Source: a bacterium
GTDB taxonomy: Bacteria; Electryoneota; JAOADG01
Direction of reading: 5' to 3'
Assembly (NCBI GenBank): GCA_963681965.1
Contig: OY820579.1
Span: forward strand, 559,078 to 623,077
DNA length: 64,000 nt
This document shows, one piece after another, positions 29,440-41,005 of this stretch (positions are counted from its first letter, which is position 1; each line of letters opens with the position of its first letter). Below the pieces are notes generated by a model that saw only the letters and a program-made list of their open reading frames with translations, had not been told where the DNA came from and searched no databases. The position numbers and the translations under genes were made by a program.

Positions 29440-30492
29440 ATGACCAAACCGCAGCGCTTGTCGTTTCTCGACCGCTTTCTGACACTCTGGATCTTTCTGG
29501 CGATGGCGGTCGGAATCGGTATCGGTGTGCTGGTTCCTGCATTTACCGAAGCGATCACCTCGCTGTCGGTCGGTACGACGTCGATTCCGATTGCAATCGG
29601 ACTCATCCTAATGATGTATCCGCCACTCGCGAAAGTACGATACGAGGAACTCGGCGAAGTATTCCGCAACTGGCGCGTGCTGCTGCTATCGCTTGTACAA
29701 AATTGGATTGTCGGACCAATCTTGATGTTTGGACTTGCGATTCTATTTCTGCGCGATTATCCCGAATACATGACTGGACTCATTTTGATCGGTCTCGCGC
29801 GGTGTATTGCGATGGTGATTGTCTGGAACGATCTCGCCAAAGGAAATCCGGAATATGCCGCCGGACTCGTGGCGTTCAATTCGATTTTTCAGGTGCTGTT
29901 CTATTCAGTGTATGCGTACTACTTTATCACCGTGTTGCCGCAGACCTTCGGGATGACGGGTTACGAAGTTCATATCACCATCGGACAGATTGCCGAAAGC
30001 GTATTCATCTATCTCGGAATTCCATTTATTGCCGGATTCTTGACGCGATTTATTTTGATTCGCATCAAGAGCAAAGAGTGGTATCACCGGGTATTTATTC
30101 CGAAAATCAGTCCGATTACGCTGATCGCGCTGCTGTTCACGATCATCGTGATGTTTTCGCTGAAAGGGGATCGCATACTTGCACTTCCGTTCGATGTCGT
30201 CCGAATCGCAATTCCGCTGATTATCTATTTTGTAGTGATGTTCTTTGTCTCATTTGCGATGAGCAAGAAAGCCGGTGCCGACTATTCGAAGAGTTGCACG
30301 CTTTCGTTTACGGCGGCGTCGAATAATTTCGAATTGGCGATTGCAGTGGCGGTGGGGGTATTCGGAATTCATTCCGGAGCCGCGTTTGCCGCGGTGATTG
30401 GACCATTGGTGGAAGTGCCGGTGTTGATTTTGCTGGTGAATGCCGCGCTCTGGATTCAGCGGAAATATTTTGCAGAAGGAAAAACGGCATGA
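29440..30492 (+). CDS. acr3: ACR3-family arsenite efflux transporter
   Basis: [23 protein letters not shown]...[19 protein letters not shown]...[12 protein letters not shown] is a strong match to the ACR3/ArsB bile-acid:sodium-symporter-fold arsenite pumps. 350 aa. Confidence 0.85.
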   Translation: MTKPQRLSFLDRFLTLWIFLAMAVGIGIGVLVPAFTEAITSLSVGTTSIPIAIGLILMMYPPLAKVRYEELGEVFRNWRVLLLSLVQNWIVGPILMFGLAILFLRDYPEYMTGLILIGLARCIAMVIVWNDLAKGNPEYAAGLVAFNSIFQVLFYSVYAYYFITVLPQTFGMTGYEVHITIGQIAESVFIYLGIPFIAGFLTRFILIRIKSKEWYHRVFIPKISPITLIALLFTIIVMFSLKGDRILALPFDVVRIAIPLIIYFVVMFFVSFAMSKKAGADYSKSCTLSFTAASNNFELAIAVAVGVFGIHSGAAFAAVIGPLVEVPVLILLVNAALWIQRKYFAEGKTA

Positions 30493-30908
30493 TCCGAAAA
30501 GTACTCGTACTCTGTACCGGAAATTCCTGTCGCAGTATCATGGCAGAAGCGCTGATCAATCATGTTCTCGGCGACCGTTGGCAAGCCTTCTCCGCCGGCG
30601 TGGAACCGTCGCGGGTCAATCCACGCGCAATTCAAGTGATGGCGGAAATCGGCATCGATATCAGCGGTGCGCATTCGAAATCGGTGGATGAATTCCTCGA
30701 TCGCGACGATCTCGATCTGGTGATTACGGTGTGCGATCATGCGAAGGAGTCGTGTCCGTTGTTCCCGAAACCGGTGCGACGCATTCATATCAGTTTTCCC
30801 GATCCCGCGCCGTTCACCGATGAGCCGGATGACGTGGCGCTGCAGGAGTTCAGGAAGGTGAGGGAGGAAATTCGAGACAAATTGCTTGAGCTACTAAGCA
30901 AGATGTGA
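30489..30908 (+). CDS. arsC: Arsenate reductase, thioredoxin-coupled LMW-PTP type
   Basis: [19 protein letters not shown]-loop (CX5R) and [15 protein letters not shown] with the downstream Cys pair. Translationally coupled to acr3 (ATGA). Confidence 0.85.
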   Translation: MIRKVLVLCTGNSCRSIMAEALINHVLGDRWQAFSAGVEPSRVNPRAIQVMAEIGIDISGAHSKSVDEFLDRDDLDLVITVCDHAKESCPLFPKPVRRIHISFPDPAPFTDEPDDVALQEFRKVREEIRDKLLELLSKM

Positions 30909-30944
30909 TTATTCGGAGTACCTTTGAATAACAACCGGCGGAGC

Positions 30945-30970
30945 TTTCACTCCGCCGGCTTCTATTCATG
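30945..30970. terminator. Bidirectional stem-loop (ccggcggag-ctttcac-tccgccgg) between the convergent arsC and flotillin genes
   Basis: 8-9 bp GC-rich inverted repeat between two convergent stop codons. Confidence 0.55.
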
Positions 30971-30980
30971 AAGAGATTAC

Positions 30981-33020
30981 CTATTCCTGCGGTAACGGTG
31001 GAACGGTCGCCGCGTAGGGGCTCTCGGCGAGTGGTGCCGGAGGCAGTGCCGCAGATGGTTCCGGCGGTAAAACATCTTTCGGAGACAGTGTCGGTGCGAA
31101 TTTCTTGATCAACGTCGCCGCCAATCCTTCGAGTGCACCACCACCTCCACCGCCCATCACGAGCACTTCGGGAACAAACCGCTGGTTCCCCTTCCCTTCG
31201 GCAAGCGCCGTCACAATGTTCACGCCGGCAGTTGCTTCCTTGCCCAATGCTTCGACCTGCGCCTTGTACGCTTTCGCCTTGGCAAGACCGACCGCTTCAA
31301 CTTCCGCCGATTTCGCGGCACCGGTTTCGCGGATGTAGGTCGCTTCACCATCGGCACGCGCCTTGTTGGCGTTGGCGTTGTTCCGCTCGATGTCGACATT
31401 GACACTCGATTGCGCCAGCTTCGATTGCATATCCGCCGTACCCTTGGCATGTTCGGTCTGGATACGTTGATCCTGCGCTTCACGCTGCTTCTTGAAGGTT
31501 TCGACTTCCTGCGAGGCAATTTCGCGCTGCGTCAACACGGTTACCAGTGCTTCCGGCAACACCACATCCTGAATATAGACACCCTTCGCCTCGACATCGT
31601 ATTGACTGAGCTGGTTGCGAATGTGCTCGAATGCCTCTTCCTGCACTTGTTGACGCGTCTGGATGAATTTTACCGCCGGCATACTCTGCAACTTGTCGCG
31701 GAAGTGATTGCCGACCGCAGCCTGCAACACTTCGTTCACCAGATTTTGCATCGTTCCGACCATCGAAATCACGCGCGGTGCACGCGTATCGGGCACATGA
31801 ATCTGCACTTGCAGGTCGATTTTAAAGACAAACCCTTCGCAGCTTTTCGCCGTGATCTGACTGAGTTGCCGGTCGAGATTGTGCGCCTGCGACACTTCAT
31901 TCGCCCAGTTCAGCGTCAGGATTGCGGTCGGCACCAATTCCGATTGATAACAGCGCGGATTGATCGGGTACTTGCCGGTACGCAACGGTTCCCGCCAGAT
32001 ACCACGATGCCCCGGCACGACTAATGAGCCGTATTTAAATTGATCGCCGGACGTATCCTGCGTGACCAATCCGACATACGATTTGATAACCGCTACTTCG
32101 CCCTGTTTGACGACCAGCATCGGTACCATTTCTACCGCGACGAGGAATGGATTCAGCGTAAATTCACCATACATCAAGGTATCGTGCTGCAAACCGATCC
32201 GACCGCCGTGATCGAGGAATGCTTGGAAATCCTGATAGTTGTTGTGCAATTTATTCTTGTGTCCGAGCAACACTTCGATGATTTCGGCATCGTTTTGACC
32301 GGATTTCTCCATCACGCCGATATCCTCGAATCCGCCCAAACGGCTGGAGATATCGCCCGATGGCAACGGTTCCCCTTCAAAAGTGGTAACGATACCAACC
32401 ATATCGATGATCTGACCGCCCTGCGTTTGCTGCGGTTGAATCTTGACCAGATCGAGTTGCTCGGCATTCAGTCCGAACGATTGCGGCAGCAATCGCCCAT
32501 CGCGATTCTGGCGCTTTTTGAGATCGGGCGAGACCGGTAGACCATACACCTGATTCTTGGTGATCACGAGAAATGCAACCGGATGAATTGGCGCCAATGT
32601 TCCCGGAGGCAGTACCGGACGTTGCACACCCTTTTCGCCATTCAATTCGATGAACGACTTCAGGTTGGTATAACTACTGAAGCGCGGATCGTAGCGCGCC
32701 GATTTGGCACCGATCGGAAGCGGTTTACCGATTTGCGCGATAATGACACCGATTTCACCGGCGGGAACCTGCACCCACGGGAATTTATCGACGCGGTACA
32801 GAATCCAGAATTTGAATCGCCAGCCCGGCATCAATAAATTCGCCTGATAACCAGCTTCGCCATTGAATGCAATCGGGTTGTCTTCCGATAGTTTCTTTCC
32901 GGAGAAACGCTTGGTGATAAGTCCTACCTCGGTCGGTCCGATACTCCGGAGCGACGGGAAGAACAAAATCGCGAATAGAACAACTCCCCAAAAAATCGTA
33001 AAACCAATGAGGCCTAACAT
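30981..33020 (-). CDS. Flotillin / SPFH (band-7) domain protein, YqiK-like
   Basis: N-terminal membrane hairpin, SPFH domain, long Ala/Lys/Glu-rich C-terminal coiled coil (..KARADGEATYIRETGAAKSAEVEAVGLAKAKAYKAQVEALGKEA..). ATG at 33018-33020 with an aggag ribosome-binding site. Confidence 0.8.
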   Translation of the reverse strand: MLGLIGFTIFWGVVLFAILFFPSLRSIGPTEVGLITKRFSGKKLSEDNPIAFNGEAGYQANLLMPGWRFKFWILYRVDKFPWVQVPAGEIGVIIAQIGKPLPIGAKSARYDPRFSSYTNLKSFIELNGEKGVQRPVLPPGTLAPIHPVAFLVITKNQVYGLPVSPDLKKRQNRDGRLLPQSFGLNAEQLDLVKIQPQQTQGGQIIDMVGIVTTFEGEPLPSGDISSRLGGFEDIGVMEKSGQNDAEIIEVLLGHKNKLHNNYQDFQAFLDHGGRIGLQHDTLMYGEFTLNPFLVAVEMVPMLVVKQGEVAVIKSYVGLVTQDTSGDQFKYGSLVVPGHRGIWREPLRTGKYPINPRCYQSELVPTAILTLNWANEVSQAHNLDRQLSQITAKSCEGFVFKIDLQVQIHVPDTRAPRVISMVGTMQNLVNEVLQAAVGNHFRDKLQSMPAVKFIQTRQQVQEEAFEHIRNQLSQYDVEAKGVYIQDVVLPEALVTVLTQREIASQEVETFKKQREAQDQRIQTEHAKGTADMQSKLAQSSVNVDIERNNANANKARADGEATYIRETGAAKSAEVEAVGLAKAKAYKAQVEALGKEATAGVNIVTALAEGKGNQRFVPEVLVMGGGGGGALEGLAATLIKKFAPTLSPKDVLPPEPSAALPPAPLAESPYAATVPPLPQE

Positions 33021-33291
33021 TTACTTACTCCTTTCGAAGCAGTCGCCGAAAAACGGCAAGCGGCAGCTTGAGATGTGATGCTTTTGTGTGATGAAAGATG
33101 AAAAATGGATTTCTAGATCTTTTTGGTTTATCCTATAAGGTAACTCGTAATATTAGTGGTGAAGAACTAGTTGCAAGTTGCAGCTCGAAATTTTTCGTAA
33201 TTGCTTACTCGTAATTAGTAGCAACCACACAGATACTAACAATCTAACTATAATATTATCAATTACATATGTTTACTTGTGGAGTAAGATA

Positions 33292-33723
33292 ATGCTGGGG
33301 AAAGCGATTCAATTATCCGTCTCGGAGATTCGCGTGAACCAACCTGATCGAGGTTGGTTATTACAATTGATGCCGATCATACAACCGTATCTCGACGATA
33401 TTAACGATATTCATATTGTCACTTTGGAGCCGGGCATCGTTCGTGGAAATCATTATCACCGTCAAGGAACGGAAGTACTGATTCCTTTAAGCGATCAGAT
33501 GACGATTGCGTGGCAGGAAGGTGATACGAAAACAGAAGTCGCATCGAAAGACGGCAACACAATTTTCATTTTTCCACCGGAAGTACCGCATGCGATCCGC
33601 AATGATTCGCCAATTACAGCAAGGTTGATTGCAATCGGTAATCGGGCATTCGATCCGGATTATCCCGATCGTTTTGCATTTCCACTGCTAACGGAAATGC
33701 GACCAGCGAATAAAAAGGTTTAA
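33292..33723 (+). CDS. Cupin domain protein
   Basis: VRGNHYHRQGTEVLIPL...FIFPPEVPHAIRN matches the two cupin motifs. ATG at 33292 follows ggag; the track start at 33178 is upstream and unlikely. Confidence 0.65.
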   Translation: MLGKAIQLSVSEIRVNQPDRGWLLQLMPIIQPYLDDINDIHIVTLEPGIVRGNHYHRQGTEVLIPLSDQMTIAWQEGDTKTEVASKDGNTIFIFPPEVPHAIRNDSPITARLIAIGNRAFDPDYPDRFAFPLLTEMRPANKKV

Positions 33724-33733
33724 TCAGAATGGA

Positions 33734-36700
33734 TTAATTGGTCGAGTTCTCAAAATATGTTTCGGGATACAATTTCTTCAAGCAATCGGGGCAGATACTA
33801 TGCGTGAATTGTGCCGTGGAGTGTTCGGTGATATACTGCTCGATCTGTCCCCAATAGCCACGGTCGTCGCGGATCTTCTTGCAATTCGAACAGATCGGAA
33901 GCAAACCGCTTAACTTTCGAACTTCCGACAATGCCACCTGCAGTTCTTGAATCAACTTTTCCCGCTCCGCTTCGACATTTTTTTGCCAAGTGATGTTTCG
34001 ACAACTGATACGTCGACCATTGGTATTTCCTTCGGAATCGACAACTCTTACACAAGAGTGATGAATCCAGACGAGATCTCCTGATTTGTGGACAATTCGG
34101 TAAATAATGTGGCGAGCATTTTCATCTTCACGGGCGGTACAATTGTGTTCTTCGAAAAGTTTCCGATCTTCCGACCAAACGATTTGAGCCAGTAAAGTCG
34201 GTTGTGCGAGAAATTCCTCGCGAGAATATCCCGTTACCGCTTCGCACGATGGTGAAGTGTAAAGAAGATTGCCGTCGTTGTCGACCCATAATTCCCAGTC
34301 GAAAGTAAAATCGGCGATTGTGCGGAATTTTTCTTCTTTGTCGCGCAATGCTTGTTCCATCGATTCGCGATCGGTCACATCATGGATAATCGCAAACAAC
34401 ACCGTCTTTCCACCAGTCACCAATGGCGAAAAGTGTACTTCGACAATTCGCGATTCGCCATTTGCCAAACGGTGATTGAAAATAAATCGGTTCTTCTCTT
34501 TCCGCATTGCTTGGATTCGAACCGCCTTCGCTTCTTCGCGCGAAAAGGTGTTGACGTCCTGAGTCGTCATCGTTTTCAACTGTTCGCGAACAAATCCGTA
34601 GAACTTCTCGGCGGCGTTGTTGGCATCAAGAATCCGTCCGGATTCCGGGTCGATTAAAGCCATAATTGCGTCATGATGCTCGAACATATTCCGGAATTGT
34701 TCTTCGCTAGAGCGGAGACTGTCTTCGACCGTCTTTTTAGCAGTTATATCGGTCACAACGCCATTGGTAATAATCGGTTCTTGCTTCGAACCATACTCGT
34801 ACGATTTTGAATCGTGCATCCATCGATACGATCCGTCGGGCATTTTAATCCGATATTCGCATTGCAATACTTCATCTGGATTCGCACGTTCCAGCAATCC
34901 TTAATCATCTTGTCGATTACTAACTGATCGTCGGGATGGGTGATCTCTAGTATTACTTTGGAAGGATCGCGAACAAATGTTTCGAATGGAATTCCGGTCA
35001 TTTTTTCGATCGACGGCGAAATAAATTCGTAGCGATTTTCCCGTTGATTGTAGCGGTACACAACATCGTTGATTTTATTCAAGAACTTATTGAATTTCGC
35101 TTCGCTTTCACGGAGTGCTTGTTCGGTTTGCTTAATTTCGGTCACATCGCGAATAACGCCGTTTATTACGATCGGTTTGCCACGACTGTCATATTCGTAC
35201 GTCTTCCAATCGAGCAACCATCGGTAAGTGCCATCTGGTTTTACCACCCGGTATTCGAGTTGTAACGGTCGTTTGCTTGGTCCTTTGGTGTGGAATTCTT
35301 CAATTTCTACCCACGTCCTGTCCCAATCGGTCGGATGGGTACACATTTGCGTATACCGTCGCGGATCTTGTAGTAATTTCTCTAGCGGAATGCCTAATAA
35401 CTGTGCCGTCGAAGGCGAGATAAAATCGTAAGAATTCGAATCGATGTTGTACCGATATACAGCATCGTTTACGGTATTTAAAAATCCGTTGAAGCGCTCC
35501 TCACTGGACCGCAACTCCATCTCGATGCGTTGCCGATCGAGAACTTCTTCACGTGAATCGCGATACAATGTCGCATTGTTAACGGTAACGGCGATTTGTG
35601 CGGCAATTGATTCCGCCATACGCAATTTCTCGGAATCAAAAGCATTGGAATGGGAACTGAATATTTGCACAATTCCGGTCGCTCGATTGGCAAGCAATAA
35701 GGGAACCACGATCGCGGAACGCATTACCGAATTGGTTCGATCGGATATAGCAGACGTATTTTCCAAATCATCACTGTAGATCACTTTATTGGGAGCAACC
35801 TGCGAATTGTAATCTGCAATGATCGTAGATTCTTTCGATTTAATTACCGTTGCTTGAATTCCCTTACCATCGAAAACTAACGGTAATTCGGGAAATTGCG
35901 AGACATCGATCCAATTATTGTCGCTATAGTAAGCGCGACACTTTATGGTTTGATGTTGCTCGTTATAGGTTGAAATCGAAATGGAATCGCAGTCCATACA
36001 CTGCCCGATCAACTGACGTGCAGTCTCGTAGATTTCAGCCGACTCCAGCGTGTTCCCCAATTGGATTGTGGCTCGGTAAAAACGATTGGTTCGATCGGTT
36101 GCTTCCCGAAGTTGCACCTCGGCTCGTTTACGATCGGTAATATCGAACATCGTTCCGATCCGAACATGCCGACGCTCCAGCCAAAAACCGGTTTTTTCAA
36201 TACACTGAAACCATTGACCGGTATTCTCTTGGTAAATTTCTGTTTGCGTTACATTGGAAATCCAGTTGATATTGGATCGGTCCGAGCGATTAAATCCGAT
36301 GTACTTTAACTCGGATGCCAGTGCGTAAAAATCGCGTCCGATGTTCTCGACACCGAAAACATTTTTTCCCGGAATGTTTAAGTGGACGAGTTTTCCCGTT
36401 TCAGATTCGAAAACATAAACAATCGATTCTAAGTTGTCGAATATTTCGAGCAATTGTTTATTGAAACTATCGCGTCGATGTAGCTGCAAACCGCGCAAAA
36501 CAATCAGGCTGGCGTGGAAGAGTGCCATGATGGAAACAATCAATATCATTAACTGAATTTCCATCCAGAGCTGTATTTGGTGGTTTTGATCGAATCCCAG
36601 ATGGTCTAACACCGACACTTGCTGTCCCAAGCGCGCAACTACGATCGCTAGATTGGCAAGTACAGCACCGGGAAGCGCAAACCGAGCCGATACAAACAAT

Positions 36701-37389
36701 AACAACACAACCAGAGTAAATTTTCCAACCCATGCGAATTGACCCGATTCACCGGAAACCAGCCAAGTTAAAAAAAATACTGTCAGAATTAAGACGGCAA
36801 TTTCCGATATTTTTCGAATTCGATTGGTGCTGATACCGCGTAGATAATATTTTTCTCCCACCAAAATCAGTGGGGCAAAAATAACGATACCGATTAAATC
36901 GGCGAACCACCATATTATCCAGGATTGCCAAATATTCTGCGAAAACATAAAAGAAATTGTTAGTATCGCGCCGAAAGTAGCAGCAAGCATTGTACTGAAA
37001 ATTGAAAAACCGAGAAAAATGAATAGATTTTTGGGCTTGTCAATTTCAATCTTGTCGCCGAGGATTTTTCGGATTGCATATGCTGCCAATCCTGCTTCGA
37101 TCGCATTGACAACAAAAAATGCCAACGCAATGAAGATGGATCGATGAATCGTCGTGAAGTAGAAAATCTGTGCGATACCAGCCGCGAGGAATAACCACTT
37201 CCAATTCCGGAAAGGTGCGAGCAGTAGTACGGACAAGAATAAACCACTTGCCGGCCAAATGACTTCGGTTTGGGATGTTTGATTGGTAAGAAACGAACAA
37301 AGGTAACAGCAGAAAAAATATGTGACACCGAAAATCGTCGTCTGAAACCAGAATGGATAAGGATTTCGAGTAGTGGTGCCGGAAACCAT
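33734..37389 (-). pseudogene. MASE1-PAS-GAF-PAS-PAS sensor protein with a C-terminal Cys4 module and no kinase or cyclase output; the reading frame is broken by a single-nucleotide frameshift near 34885-34900
   Basis: Track ORFs 34753-37395 and 33734-34897 overlap by 145 bp, and one PAS domain reads straight across the junction (..ITHPDDQLVIDKMIKD|LLERANPDEVLQCEYRIKMPDGSYRWMHD). Restoring a T in a TT run gives KDLLERANPDE. The downstream 'M' is TTG. N-terminus (IWPASGLFLSVLLLAPF..) is MASE1-like. C-terminus ends LPICSNCKKIRDDRGYWGQIEQYITEHSTAQFTHSICPDCLKKLYPE. Confidence 0.65.
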
Positions 37390-37810
37390 CTGCACGAGAC
37401 TCCCAGTGTTCAGTGATATGTTGCTAAGGTCACTTCAATTTACTGTAACTAGCTGAAGTTAATTGTTTCCTTCTCTTACAATATAACTCGGATACGTTTT
37501 TTAGCAACAGAAAAATAGCAATAAAGTAATTTTTCGGGATATTTGTTCATCTCTACCCCTTTTGAATCGCATCGTATTCGAAGCCTCTTCGTGAAACATT
37601 TTACATACTTTTTGGGTTTCCCTGCTAGCACCGTGATCAATCGAAAAGATGAACAACTTGGATTGAAACAGAACATTACATTTTTAAGATCGGGATATTG
37701 ACGCATTTACGCGGAATAAATCAAATTCGACCCAGTTTCAGGTAAAAACTATTTCCATCGCTGACCATAGCGTAATTATATTATACCGATCGATATTCTG
37801 GAATTTACCT

Positions 37811-38242
37811 ATGTCATTCGAAGATCTTTACCAAGATATATTACTCGACCACTACAAACAGCCGCGAAATGCCGGGCAAGTTAGTGGTGCGACGTGCAGT
37901 ATTCACGACCACAACCCGTTGTGTGGCGACGATATTACCGTTCACATGAAGATCACCGACGGAAAAGTCGAACGGGTCGGATTCGAAGGCAAGGGGTGTG
38001 CGATCAGTATTGCTTCCGCGTCGATGATGACGGATCAAATTCAGGGCAAACCGGTTGATGTTGCCAAACAGGAAGTCGAAACCTTTTTGGCGATTATGCG
38101 TGACGAAGACAGTTTCGACAACCATCCCGAATTCGAAGAAGCCACATCGCTGAACGGAGTGAAAAAGCTTCATGCTCGGATCAAATGCGCCACTTTATCT
38201 TGGAATACCGCAAAAAAGATGCTGAATGGCGAAACGGAATAG
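37811..38242 (+). CDS. sufU: SUF-system Fe-S cluster assembly scaffold, SufU/NifU-like
   Basis: MSFEDLYQDILLDHYKQPRNAG....NPLCGDDITV...GKGCAISIASASMMT...ARIKCATLSW shows the three conserved Cys and the SufU-specific insertion. A strong terminator follows. Confidence 0.85.
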   Translation: MSFEDLYQDILLDHYKQPRNAGQVSGATCSIHDHNPLCGDDITVHMKITDGKVERVGFEGKGCAISIASASMMTDQIQGKPVDVAKQEVETFLAIMRDEDSFDNHPEFEEATSLNGVKKLHARIKCATLSWNTAKKMLNGETE

Positions 38243-38268
38243 TGAATGAGTTAATACCCATACAAATC

Positions 38269-38296
38269 GGGCGGCATTTGCCGCCCTTTTTTTTGT
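38269..38296 (+). terminator. Rho-independent terminator (gggcggc-attt-gccgccc followed by T8)
   Basis: Perfect 7-bp GC stem followed by eight T residues after sufU. Confidence 0.8.
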
Positions 38297-38344
38297 TCAC
38301 CGAATGAACGCCTAATTGTTTCCTAATTACGGTTAATCTGACCA

Positions 38345-39175
38345 TTAATAACCGGTAGAGTCGACTTTGCTATAATACATGTCGCCGTGAAGATTCCAAT
38401 CAATTAGGAGTGCGGTGGGTTGAAGCGTGTCGATTATGGTAAACCGGCATTCCGCACCATCCAAAGCGATGACTTGCGGATCGATTATCCGCCACTTTCC
38501 AGTGATCGTTTGCTTCGGCATGAGGGTATACCAGATGAAAGAACCATCGCGACGGAACTGAAATCGATAAAGTGGAGCGCTCCCTTGATTGCTTCGGGTA
38601 TCCCAATCCCCACACAGTATCCGTTCCTGCGCGCGCATTTCGGTTAGCTCCTCCTCAGTTAACGACCTGATTGGGGGCAATCCACTGGGCGGTGTACCCA
38701 AGTATCGATCGAAGTACAATCGGGAATCATCTACATCGAGAATCAAATTATTGCGGTCGGATGAGTAATCGAATGAACATTCTTGTTTGTCAATTGTTAA
38801 CGTTACTGGCGACGAAAAGCGCCAGTTTCGAATCTCGATACGATTCGTTTCGCGATGAAAAATTTCCAACCGGTTATCGACATTGAAAAACCAAACGGTA
38901 AGTGGTTCCATTTCGGATTGATACCAGCTTGTAAAAATCAGTGTTGCCACATGACGGGAATGGTATTGAGCCGGGAAAAGATGCCGATACAGCCAGCCTT
39001 CGTGATAATCGAAGGATTGAATCGAATAGGACGATTTTCCGCGGTAGGTGGTGCGATGTGCAATCGGAAACGTTATGAATAAGAGTAGAATTGCCGTGAG
39101 AATAATCCCAACGACTAGCGAAATGATTCGGTTGATCGATTTGCCATTCGGTTTATCGGTAATCGGTTCAGACAT
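38345..39175 (-). CDS. Hypothetical membrane-anchored protein
   Basis: ATG at 39173-39175 (MSEPITDKPNGKSINRIISLVVGIILTAILLLFITF); the track start at 39187 is GTG. One TM helix followed by a 240-aa domain with no recognised homology. Confidence 0.5.
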   Translation of the reverse strand: MSEPITDKPNGKSINRIISLVVGIILTAILLLFITFPIAHRTTYRGKSSYSIQSFDYHEGWLYRHLFPAQYHSRHVATLIFTSWYQSEMEPLTVWFFNVDNRLEIFHRETNRIEIRNWRFSSPVTLTIDKQECSFDYSSDRNNLILDVDDSRLYFDRYLGTPPSGLPPIRSLTEEELTEMRAQERILCGDWDTRSNQGSAPLYRFQFRRDGSFIWYTLMPKQTITGKWRIIDPQVIALDGAECRFTIIDTLQPTALLIDWNLHGDMYYSKVDSTGY

Positions 39176-39370
39176 TTGCAACTCCACGTGGAGGAGATTG
39201 ATTGGGTGGTGAATTCAAGAGAGCAAGCGTAGCGAGCACGCCGTCAATAACGAGCGATGCATCTCTTCATGGTAGTGAAGATAAAACACAATATAAACAA
39301 AATACAAGACTTAACTAGAAGTAGAGATCGTTAAACTGTAACTGTGTTTTGTGTTGTCGATCCAATCGAA

Positions 39371-40941
39371 TTATACACCATTTAACATAATCGTCACGTC
39401 GAACCAGTGCATCGCGTTGGGTGGTAGCATTACAAATAGACCTTCGTCATTTAACTCGTTACCGTCACGGAGATAAGTTGTATCGGTCATCCGGTCGTGA
39501 AGTTTTACTTTCCGTCCAGCGATACCCACGATATGCAGTGGTACTCGTCCACATGCCATTTGAGCGGATAAATTTCCAATCCATAACAATCGATTTTGAC
39601 CCGAAGTCCACAGCACCGGAACTAACGCTTCAAACGATTGATCGTCCGAACCGGAACTGATCACTCCAACCATTTGTGCACAGGCAGTTTGGAAGGGAAA
39701 CTCGGTGATCCAAGTGTTCATTTTGCCAATAAATTCTTGAACCGATGGCAAAGGCGGCTCGATGGGTCGGCGATCAAGTTGGATTGGCAACTTTATTCTT
39801 GCACCCGTCTCCAACCCCTCGTGCCAGAGGATATGTCCGGGCTGCATCCACATCAGTCCATACAACACTGGCAGCCATTCCGGGGGAACGTGAAAGGCAA
39901 TCCGGCTTTCGTCGTGATTTTCCAAGAATCGGAGACGGTGTTGTCCCCAAGCTCGTCGTTCTACTAAGGTAGATCGCAGTTCATTGGCATTACCTGAAAA
40001 AGCACGAGTTACGAAGTCCTTATCATAAACCAGATCGAATCCCATTTCCACCAATTTATTTTCGGTACCCCAATAGCACTCGGCAATAAATAAAAACGAT
40101 GGTTTCACAGCCCGCACAGCATCGATCGCCTGCACCCAAAACTCCATTTGAGGTGCTTCGCCGTTTCCCCAAGTTTTCTTGAAAATATTGTTCAAGACCA
40201 GCATCGCCATATCACATCGGACACCATCGCAATGGTCGGCAATTTTTAATAACTCTTCAATCAACGCCGTGCGGGTTTCGGGTTTCCGGTAATCAAGTTG
40301 TGCAGTATCGGTCCAAGCGGGATAATACGGATCACGCCCATGTGCGATCCAGCAGGTTCCTTGCCGGGTTTTGGCGGCAAACCATCCGTGCGGTGGTGTA
40401 GAGGTGTCGGCAAAATCGGTACGGTGTATAAACCGTTCCGGTCGGCTGTAGATCCACGGGTGATCGATTGCCATGTGATTGGGTACAAAATCGAGAATCA
40501 GTCCTAAACCGCGATCCGACAACCGTTTCCGAAATCGAGCAAATGCTTGCGGAGTTCCGAGGTTCTCGGATGGTTCGTACTCGTTGATTGCATAGGGCGA
40601 GCCGACGACATCGCCAGCATTCCAATCGGGCAATGCGTCGCTGTACGATTTTCGCAAATCGGGGTGCATCAATGCCACTTCGCGACCGGCAGGCGATCGT
40701 TTCCAAGCGCCCATCCCCCACACGTGGGTGATCGGTTGCTCACACCAACGGTCCAATTCCGCATCGGGAATATTATCTAGCGACGGTTGGGATCCTAGTG
40801 GGGTAAATTGGCGGACAGCGGTGAAAAGATTGACTTCGCGGATAATTTGTCGTGTTACCATGGTGCCTCGGTGGTCGTAATCTTCCGATTCTTTATCGAC
40901 CTGATTTACGTCTAAGATAACAACAAACCCGGTTTTTTCCT
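39371..40941 (-). CDS. GH13 alpha-amylase-family glycoside hydrolase
   Basis: GH13 region I GLILDFVPNHMAIDHPW and downstream catalytic regions. No signal peptide. The start is ambiguous: TTG at 41014 (track) or ATG at 40939-40941 (MEEKEKTGF..). Confidence 0.7.
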
Positions 40942-41005
40942 TTTCTTCCATCCAATGGGTATATTTTGCGATAGATTTTATGTACTTTATATCATACGGT
41001 TTCGC

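Noticed and set aside
33734-34897. Independent 387-aa PAS protein gene starting at 34897
   Set aside because: Its 'start' is TTG with an in-frame TAA two codons upstream. The PAS domain continues from the upstream ORF in the +1 frame, so it is the frameshifted C-terminal part of the 33734-37389 sensor gene.
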